DNA of 64,000 nucleotides, from positions 73,533-137,532 of the forward strand of contig JBBQUR010000014.1 of assembly GCA_038212275.1 (NCBI GenBank), written 5' to 3'. The translations under genes and the position numbers were made by a program. The notes beneath the pieces were generated by a model. That model had not been told where the DNA came from and did no database searches. It saw only the letters and a program-made list of their open reading frames with translations. How positions within the stretch are numbered: the first letter of the stretch is position 1; each line of letters starts with the position of its first letter. Source of the stretch: Planctomycetota bacterium (lineage in GTDB: Bacteria; Planctomycetota; B15-G4). Below, one piece after another: positions 29,814 to 37,700 of this stretch.

Positions 29814-30445
29814 CGCAGGCGCCCGCTGGCAGGGTCGGTGCGGGCGTCGAGCGCCGCGCGCAGGTCGGCCGCGGCCGTGCGCGGATCGTGCGCGTCGGCG
29901 ATCGCGCGGATGACGGCGACGCCGGCGAGGCCCGCAGGCAGCGCCGGCACGTCGGCCGCGCTCAGGCCGCCGAGCGCGAACACCGGCGTGGAGGCGCAGC
30001 GAGCGAGCACCGAGCGCACTTGATCGTCGCGCAGCAGCGGCCGGGGCCGGCTGAGATGCGTCCCGCGGAAGGGCGAGAGCAGCAGCAGGTCGGCGGCCAG
30101 GTCCTGCTCCTGCAACGGCCAGTGCGCCGAGCGGCCGATGACAAGCCGCGGCGCGCGTTCCCGCACCTCGGTGACGGGCGCGCCGTCGAAGCCGAGATGC
30201 ACGCCGTCGGCGCGGCAGGCGAGCGCCAGGGCCGTGTCGGTGTGGATGAACAGCCGGGCGCCGCTGCGGCGCACCGCGGCCGCCAGTGCATGAGCGAGTC
30301 CGGCGCGTGCTGCCTTGTCGAGCTGCCGCTCGCGCAGCAGCAGCAGCTTCGCGCCGCCATCGAGGGCAGCCCCGGCCAGCCGCAGCGTCTCCGTGGGCGC
30401 CCGCGTGCCGGGCGTGATGAACAGCAGCCCGGCCGGCGCCGTCAG
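29810..30445 (-). CDS. thiE: Thiamine-phosphate synthase; conserved N-terminus only reachable from CTG in CTGA overlap with upstream stop
   Basis: LLFITPGT...ALDGGAKLLLLRERQ matches ThiE N-terminal LYFIMGS...ALKGGATLYQFREK; first canonical start (GTG 30274) would delete ~57 conserved residues; SD-like GAAGG 9 nt upstream of CTG. Confidence 0.65.
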   Translation of the reverse strand: MTAPAGLLFITPGTRAPTETLRLAGAALDGGAKLLLLRERQLDKAARAGLAHALAAAVRRSGARLFIHTDTALALACRADGVHLGFDGAPVTEVRERAPRLVIGRSAHWPLQEQDLAADLLLLSPFRGTHLSRPRPLLRDDQVRSVLARCASTPVFALGGLSAADVPALPAGLAGVAVIRAIADAHDPRTAAADLRAALDARTDPASGRLR

Positions 30446-32613
30446 GACGGTTCGCCTTCAAGGAACACGCCGAGCGGTTCGAGCAGAGCGGCGAGCCGCG
30501 CGCGCGGCAGTTCGGGGGACATGAGCAGCGCCGTCGGCGACAGGCGCTCGATCACGAAGGGCCGCAGGGCGGGGTCGTGCAGCACGCGGTCGAGGACTTC
30601 CTTGTTGCGGCCGCGCACGAGCGACACTGTGGCCTGCGTGACGAACTTGACCTTTCCGGCCCACTGGCCGATGGAGTAGATCACGTTCTGCGGCACTTCC
30701 ACGCGGCTGTGCTCGGACAGCGTGCGCAGGATGGAGGCGGGATCGAGTCCCTCCGCGACGGCCTTCTCGACCGACGCGACGGTGATGCGGTAGCGATAGA
30801 CGGAGTCGCTGGCCGTGCGCTCCGCGAACCGGTCAAGTTCCGTGACGAGGTCGTAGGTGCTGCCGTCCGGGAACAGCATGATCTCGAAGTCGGGGTTGAC
30901 GATCAGCGGCGAGCTGCGGTCGAACTCCGACTCCGGAACGACCATGCCCAGCGCCTTGGCGCCGAGAGCCGTGAGCCGCAGCAGGCCCGGATTGCCGTCC
31001 ACGTCGGCGATGTCGATCAGCCCGAAGAGGAAAAGGCGCTCCCGCGCCCACGTCGTGAGCGCCTGAGCAAGCTGATGCGGGTCGCGCATGCCGGTCTGCT
31101 GCGCGAACTGGTAGCGGCTCTGGAAGCGGTCGCGCACGCCGAAGAGGTCGAGGTTGGCGAGATAGCGATTGCGCGCGGCGAAGGCCGGTGCGTGGATGTC
31201 CACCCAGGTGTTGATCTTCAGCTCGCGCAGCCGGTCCAGATACAGCGCGAGCAGGCGTTCGCCGTGGAAGGGCTCGACCTCCAACACCCAGTGCCGGTCC
31301 GCGAATTTCAGCAGCCGCGAAAGCTTCTTCTCGAGCGGCGTGCGGTCCCAGCTGCGGCCCTTCACCGTGAGCACCACGCTGCGGTCCGGGCCGCGCTCGA
31401 GCATCGACTGCGCCTGGCTGAACTCGAACAGGTATTCGAAGAGCCACGCGCCGGTGAAGCCCGAGCTGTGACCCAGGATGAAGGACTCCTCCAGCTTGCG
31501 AACCGCCGTGCGGTAGACCTTGCCGGACAGCGTGAGCCGGATCGGGTTGTGCTCGACGTAGGAGAGGAAGGCCGACACGTCGGAGATGAGGTCCACGCCG
31601 AGGCTGTGCGCCGCGGAGATGCGCGGCTGTTCCGGCGCAAGGCAGGCGCGCATGGCGCCGACCAGCTCTTCGAAGACCACGACGACCTCATCGAACTGGT
31701 GCACGCCGTATTCGCCGAGCGAGACGTGGCGCACGGTGCCGAGCAGGTTGCTCTCGAGCGCATCCTGGAGCAGCTTGCGATTCCAGCGCCCGAGACTCTT
31801 GTGATTCTTCTCGAGCATCGTGCGACCGGCGACGCCGCCATAGGAGCACACCACCAGCTTGAGCAGCTCGAGGTGCCGCGGGTTGTCGATGCGCGCGAGG
31901 CGCTGCGCCACCGAGGCAGGCTCGGCCAGCCGCAGCGCCGCCTGCGCGTGCTCATCGAGATGCGATGAGGTGGCGGAACGCGGCACGTCGTCGCCGGCGC
32001 TGCCGAGGTGCAGCGTCAGCAGGGCCGACAATTCCTTGCGGTCCACCAGTCGCGTGAGCTGTCCGAGCAGAGTGAAGGTTTCCTCCACCGTGCGATCGTC
32101 GTCCCAGATGAACGCCTGCAGCAGGTCGCCCAGCTCGCACGGAACGAGGTAGCTGTCGCCGCCCGGGCCGCCGGAGGGGTCGGTGTGGGCTGGCGGGCGC
32201 GGCCCGGGCTGGCCGTTGGCGTCACCGTTCGAGGTCGTCGAGACGAAGAGGAAGCCGCGCTTGAGCAGCGCGTTGATCGCGGCCTTCAGCTCGAAGGGCG
32301 ACAGGTAGCCGAAGGAGCGGCTGCCTGTCACGTTGACGAGGTCCGCGCGGTAGCCCTCGCCACGCAGGAAGAACTTCAGCAGGTCCACCAGCTTCTTGGA
32401 CAGGAACTTGACGCGCTTGCGGACCGACTTCTCGGACGACATGCGCCTCTGGAGTTCGCCGATGAGGCGCTCCGTGGTGTCGGGCTCCGGGCCGTGCCCG
32501 TCCCAGAACGAGAGCAGCTCGCGCAGCTCCTGCGGCGCCCGGTTCTGGAGCGCTGCCTGCAAGGCGACGCCCCTCACGGCCGCATGCACTGTCGTGATGT
32601 CCCGCTCGACCAC
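30442..32613 (-). CDS. Helicase-associated domain protein (XPB/ERCC3 partner-like, Helicase_C_3-type), 723 aa
   Basis: Adjacent to XPB helicase as in actinobacterial XPB loci; GTG start; assignment by context and size, not by motif. Confidence 0.5.
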   Translation of the reverse strand: MVERDITTVHAAVRGVALQAALQNRAPQELRELLSFWDGHGPEPDTTERLIGELQRRMSSEKSVRKRVKFLSKKLVDLLKFFLRGEGYRADLVNVTGSRSFGYLSPFELKAAINALLKRGFLFVSTTSNGDANGQPGPRPPAHTDPSGGPGGDSYLVPCELGDLLQAFIWDDDRTVEETFTLLGQLTRLVDRKELSALLTLHLGSAGDDVPRSATSSHLDEHAQAALRLAEPASVAQRLARIDNPRHLELLKLVVCSYGGVAGRTMLEKNHKSLGRWNRKLLQDALESNLLGTVRHVSLGEYGVHQFDEVVVVFEELVGAMRACLAPEQPRISAAHSLGVDLISDVSAFLSYVEHNPIRLTLSGKVYRTAVRKLEESFILGHSSGFTGAWLFEYLFEFSQAQSMLERGPDRSVVLTVKGRSWDRTPLEKKLSRLLKFADRHWVLEVEPFHGERLLALYLDRLRELKINTWVDIHAPAFAARNRYLANLDLFGVRDRFQSRYQFAQQTGMRDPHQLAQALTTWARERLFLFGLIDIADVDGNPGLLRLTALGAKALGMVVPESEFDRSSPLIVNPDFEIMLFPDGSTYDLVTELDRFAERTASDSVYRYRITVASVEKAVAEGLDPASILRTLSEHSRVEVPQNVIYSIGQWAGKVKFVTQATVSLVRGRNKEVLDRVLHDPALRPFVIERLSPTALLMSPELPRARLAALLEPLGVFLEGEPS

Positions 32614-32973
32614 ATATTGATCCCGGGGTGCAGAATCTGAGGAGTCTAAGAGATCCTCGGGCCCAGCGGGAGGGGTTACCGGCCGGATCGCGGAGCCTGT
32701 TCCGCAGCGAGCCCTGCCCTCGCGTCCCGATCATCGCTGAGCGACCCGGGCTGTCCGCGGCCGGAATCCCGGCCCGCACCCGAGGTCGGCCTCAGCAGCG
32801 AGCAGCGCCCGAGATCTCCTCGAACCGTGGCCCCGGGGCCCACTCCCGGCCCCGCCGGCCCGGCCGCACCGGGCCCTCTCATGCGGGCGCAGCCTGCCAG
32901 CCCTCGCAACAGCCCCCACGCCGCGCGCCCCGTGCGCTGACGACGCCGAACTCCCGCAGAGCCCGCCCACCTC

Positions 32974-33008
32974 GCAGCCTTCGGCGGCGCCCCGCCGCCG
33001 AAGGCTGC
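32974..33008 (-). terminator. Perfect 15-bp-stem hairpin (gcagccttcggcggc / gccgccgaaggctgc, loop GCCCC) just downstream of XPB stop
   Basis: Arms are exact reverse complements; no U-tract. Confidence 0.45.
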
Positions 33009-33016
33009 GGGCTCTC

Positions 33017-33050
33017 GCGACATCGCCCGGCTACAGCCGGGCGATGTCGC
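33017..33050 (-). terminator. Perfect 16-bp-stem hairpin (gcgacatcgcccggct AC agccgggcgatgtcgc) overlapping XPB stop codon
   Basis: Arms exact reverse complements with 2-nt loop; includes the stop codon cta (33031..33033) in the loop-proximal arm. Confidence 0.45.
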
Positions 33051-34710
33051 GAATCTCGTACGTATATCCCTGCTCGGTGAGGAAGAGCTGGCGGTTGTTC
33101 GCGAAGTGTTCCTCGCGGCTGTCGCGGGTCACGATGGAATAGAAGATCGCCGGGCGCTTGTCGGACTTGGGGCGCAGGATGCGGCCGAGGCGCTGAGCTT
33201 CCTCCTGCCGGCTGCCGAAGGTGCCCGAGACCTGGATGGCCACGTTGGCATCGGGCAGGTCCACCGCGAAGTTGCCGACCTTGCTCACCGCGAGCAGCTT
33301 CAGGTCCCCGTCGCGAAAGCGTTTGTAGAGGTCCTCGCGCTCTTTCGTCGGCGTGCGTCCCGAGATGAGCGGGCAGCCCAGTTCGCGCGCCAGCTCGTCG
33401 AGCTGGTCGAGGTACTGGCCGATGATGAGCACGCGGTCGTCCTTGTGGCGTTCGACGAGCTGGCGCACGGTCGTGAGCTTGTCGGGGTTCTCGCTCGCGA
33501 TGCGGAACTTGTCGCGGCTGCCGGCCTGCTGGTAGGTGAAGCTCGCCTCGGTCACCAGCGGCAGGCGCACCTCCACGCAATGCGCCGTGGCGATCCAGCC
33601 CTGCCGCTCCAGGATCTTCCACGGCACGTCGTACTTCTTGGGGCCGATGAGCGAGAAGACCTCGTCCTCGTGGCCGTCCTCGCGCACGAGCGTGGCCGTG
33701 AGCCCGAGCCGTCGCCGCGCCTGGATTTCCGCCGTCACGCGGAACACCGGTGCGGGCAGCAGGTGCACTTCGTCGTAGATGACCAGGCCCCAGTCGCGCG
33801 CGGAGAAAAGCGCGAAGTGACCGAACTCGCCGGTCTGGCGGCGGCGATACGTGAGCATCTGGTAGGTGGAGATGGTCACGGGGCAGACGGCCTTGCTGTC
33901 GCCTGTGTACTCGCCGATCTGATCCTCGCCGAGCGTGGTCTTGTCGAGCAGCTCCGTGCGCCACTGCCGGACGGCGATCGTGTTCGTCGTGAGGATGAGG
34001 CACTGCGTCTGCAGCCGGTGCAGGCAGCCGATGCCGACGACGGTCTTGCCCGCGCCGCACGGCAGCACCACGACGCCGCTGCCGCCCTTCTCGGTGCCGC
34101 CCGCGTGGAAGACGTCCGCGGCCTCCGCCTGGTACGGGCGCAGGCCGAAGGGGCCGCCCGAGCCGAGGCAGGTCTCGCGCAGCGCGAAGGGCAGCGCGGC
34201 GCCCGAGGTGTAGCCGGCGAGATCCTCGACCGGATAGCCGATGCGGATGAGCGCCTGCTTGACCTCGCCGCGCAACGCCTCGTGCACCGTCAGGCCGCCC
34301 GGCACCGGTCGCCCGCGATCGAAGAAGCGCTTGAGCTGCGTGTCGCCGCCGATGCGCGCGAGCAGCGCGCTGTCCGGCGACACGAGCACGAGCGCCTCGT
34401 CCTGCCGCTGCAGGCGCAGGAGGCCGAAGCGCCGGATGTTGTCCTCGATGTCGCGCTCGACGTTGGGCGGCACCGGATAGCGCGATTGCTCGGTGAGGAA
34501 GCGGATGATGCGCTCGGCCGACAGTCCCGCCGCGGCGGCATTCCAGATGGAGAGCGGCGTGATGCGGTAGGTGTGCACGTGCTCGGGACTCTTCTCGAGC
34601 TCCGCGAACAGCGCGAGCATGTCGCGCGCCTCGACGTAGCCGTCGGCGTGCACCTCGGCGAGGATGGTGCGGTCCCCCTGGACCGTGAGCGGACGTCCGC
34701 TGCCGTTCAC
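33031..34710 (-). CDS. XPB/ERCC3-type SF2 DNA helicase
   Basis: Walker A VLPCGAGKT, DEVH box YDEVHLLPA, motif VI QRLGRILR; N-terminal damage-recognition-like domain; GTG start in GTGA overlap with uvrA-like stop. Confidence 0.85.
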   Translation of the reverse strand: MNGSGRPLTVQGDRTILAEVHADGYVEARDMLALFAELEKSPEHVHTYRITPLSIWNAAAAGLSAERIIRFLTEQSRYPVPPNVERDIEDNIRRFGLLRLQRQDEALVLVSPDSALLARIGGDTQLKRFFDRGRPVPGGLTVHEALRGEVKQALIRIGYPVEDLAGYTSGAALPFALRETCLGSGGPFGLRPYQAEAADVFHAGGTEKGGSGVVVLPCGAGKTVVGIGCLHRLQTQCLILTTNTIAVRQWRTELLDKTTLGEDQIGEYTGDSKAVCPVTISTYQMLTYRRRQTGEFGHFALFSARDWGLVIYDEVHLLPAPVFRVTAEIQARRRLGLTATLVREDGHEDEVFSLIGPKKYDVPWKILERQGWIATAHCVEVRLPLVTEASFTYQQAGSRDKFRIASENPDKLTTVRQLVERHKDDRVLIIGQYLDQLDELARELGCPLISGRTPTKEREDLYKRFRDGDLKLLAVSKVGNFAVDLPDANVAIQVSGTFGSRQEEAQRLGRILRPKSDKRPAIFYSIVTRDSREEHFANNRQLFLTEQGYTYEIRDIARL

Positions 34711-37700
34711 GTGCGTGCTCCGCGCCGGCCGCGCGGCCTGCCTTTGCCGAGGCCCGCTGCCGCGTCGACTCCGCCCGGGAGCACCGGCGCCGCGCGAAGG
34801 AAGCGGCCGGTGTGGCTCTGCGCGCAGGCCGCCACGGTCTCGGGTGAACCCGCGACGACGAGCTGTCCGCCTCCGGCCCCGCCCTCGGGACCGAGGTCGA
34901 TGACCCAGTCGGCCGACTTGATGACGTCGATGTTGTGCTCGATGACGACCACCGTGTTGCCCTGCTCCACCATGCGCTGAAGCACGACCAGCAGGCGCGC
35001 GACGTCAGACATGTGCAGGCCCGTCGTGGGCTCGTCAAGCACGATCAGGGCACGCCCCGTGCCGGGGCGACCGAGCTCGGCCGCGAGCTTGACCCGCTGG
35101 GCCTCGCCGCCCGACAGCGTCGTCGCCGGCTGCCCGAGCTTCAAGTACCCGAGCCCCACTTCGTCGAAGAGCGCGAGCTTGCGATGGATGCCCGTGTGGC
35201 CCTCGAAGACTCCCAGCGCCTGGTCCACCTCGAGGTCCAGCACGTCGGCGATCGAGAGCCCCTTCCAGCGCACCTCGAGCGTCTGGCGGTTGAAGCGCCG
35301 CCCGTTGCAGCTCTCGCACGGCAGCTGCACGTCCGAGAGGAAGTGCATCTCGATGATCTCGACGCCGCGGCCCTGGCAGGTTTCGCAGCGGCCGCCCGCG
35401 ACGTTGGAGGAGAAACGCCCGGCGAGGAAGCCGCGCATGCGCGCCTCGGGCGTCGACGCGAAGAGCGCGCGGATGTCGTCGAAGGCCCCGCAGTACGTGG
35501 CGGCATTGCTCGTCGGCGAGCGCCCGAGCGGCGACTGGTCGATCTCGAGCAGCCGGTCGAAGCAGCTCGCCCCGTCGATGCCGTCGAGCTTGATCGCGCC
35601 CTCGCCAAGGCCCTCGAGCTGCGCGCGCACCGCCGGCACGAGCAGCCCGGACACGAGGCTGGACTTGCCCGAGCCGGACACGCCGGTCACCACCGTGAAG
35701 AGCCCGGCGGGGAAGCGCACGTCGAGCCCTGCGAGGTTGTGCAGGCGCGCGCCACGCAGCTCGATCCCCTGCGCTCCCGGCTCGCGGCGGGCGCGCGGCT
35801 CCACGCGCAATGCCCCGGACAGCCAGCCGCCCGTCACCGAGTCGGGGTTGGAGAGCAGCGCGGACGGCGTGCCCTGCGCCACGATGCGTCCGCCCCGCGT
35901 GCCCGCGCCGGGCCCCACGTCGATGACGTGGTCCGCGGCTTCGATCGTCTGCTGGTCGTGCTCGACGACGAGGATGGTGTTGCCCAGGTCGCGCAGCTCG
36001 CGCAGCGTGTCGAGCAGGCGCCCCTGGTCGCGCGGATGCAGGCCGATGGACGGCTCGTCCAGCACGTAGAGCACGCCGACGAGGCGGTTGCCGAGCTGAC
36101 TGGCGAGGCGGATGCGCTGCGCCTCGCCACCCGAGAGAGTGGACGCGGGCCGGTCGAGCGACAGGTAGTTCAGACCCACGTTCACGAGGAAGCCGAGGCG
36201 ATTGCCGATCTCGCGCAGCACATCCACGGCGATGTGGCGCTCGTGGGCGGGCAGGTCCAGCGCATCGAACCATGCGCGCGCGTCTCCTACCGTGAGCTCG
36301 GCGACCTGCCGGATGTTGAGGCCGCCGACGGTGGTCGCGAGCGCCGCGGGCCGCAGGCGTCCGCCCTTGCAGCTCGGGCATGGCCCGACGTGCAGCAGCT
36401 CCGTGAGCGCGGCCTGCCACCAGCCGTCATTGCCCGCGCTGCGCCACCAGCCCTCCACCGTGGTGAGCAGGCCATCCCACTCCACGCGGTACTCGTAGCT
36501 GCGCGACTGGCCGGCGCTCTTGCGCGCATAACTGACCTCCACCGGGGCGCGCACGCCCGTGCCGCGCAGCGCGGCGGCGCGGAACTTGGCCGGCAGCGAT
36601 TTCCACGGATCACGCAGTTCGACGTCCATGGACTCCGCGAGGCGCACCAGCACCTGGCGCTGCAGGCTGTCGGGCCGCGCCAGGAATTTCCCGACGCGCG
36701 AATTCATCGCGCCGCCGAACAGAGGCCGGCCCGGGCTGTCGATGAGCCGCTTCTCGTCCGCGACCTGCTTGCTTCCCAGTCCCTCGCAGGTCTCGCACGC
36801 GCCGGCGTGGCTGTTGAACGAGAACATGCGCGGCGAGAGCTCGCCTTCCAGCGCCGTGCCGCAGCGCGCACAGGCGGCGCGCGCCTCGTAATCGATCGTG
36901 CTGCCGTCGGCGAGGTGGGCGCGCGCGAGGCCAAGTCCGCGCTGCTGCGCCGAGGCCAGCGCCTCGGCGAGGCGCGCGCGGTGTGCGGCATCCGCACTCG
37001 TGCGATCGATGATCAGTTCGACGCTGCGCTGCGCCGACACCTCGGGCAAGGCGTCGAGCCGCACCTCGACGCCGTCCAGTCGCGCGCGCACGAAACCGTC
37101 CTTGCGCAGCTCGGCGGACAGCGCCGCGATCTCGTCGGGGCGCGTGAGCGCCGTGCGGTGGTTGTGCTCGGCGCTCCACAGCGGCGCGGCGATGACCACC
37201 TTGGCGCCGCCCGCACGCGCGACGAGGTCCGCGGCCGCCGCCGAGGCACTCCAGGCCTTCAGCTCGCGTCCGCAGGTCCAGCAGTGCGGATGACCGACGC
37301 GCCCGAAGAGCAGGCGCAGATAGTCGTGCACCTCCGTGGTGGTCGCGACCGTCGAGCGGGGATTGCGCGTGGAGGTCTTCTGGTCGATGGCGATGGCTGG
37401 CGCCAGTCCGTCGATGGAGTCCACCGGCGGGCGGTCCATGCGCTCGAGGAAACGCCGCGCATACGTGGAGAGGCTCTCGACGAAGCGCCGCTGCCCCTCG
37501 GCGAAGATCGTGTCGAAGGCGAGGCTGGTCTTGCCCGAACCCGACGGCCCGGTGACCACCGTGAGCTTGCCGTGCGGCACGGTGACGTCCACGGACTGCA
37601 GGTTGTGCAGCGAGGCCCCGCGCACGACGAGGTCATGGCCGACCACCGCCGCCTCGGGCGACTTGCGCTTCGGGCGGATGGACGCCTTGCGCGGCAGCAG

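Noticed and set aside
28938-30461. 507-aa ORF suggesting a thiE-thiL fusion
   Set aside because: The upstream 215 codons are an Arg-rich translation of thiE in the wrong frame. thiE is in a different frame and ends with TGA overlapping the thiL ATG (ATGA).
32618-32685. TPP-riboswitch-like string on the plus strand (GGGGTGC ... CTGAGG ... GATC ... CCAGCGGGAGGG) in the intergenic region upstream of the operon containing thiE/thiL
   Set aside because: It is on the wrong strand for the minus-strand thi genes. It lacks a P3 hairpin and the ACCUGAUC J3-2 element, and it is too short (~55 nt). The minus strand has the motifs in the wrong order. Likely a chance resemblance in GC-rich DNA.
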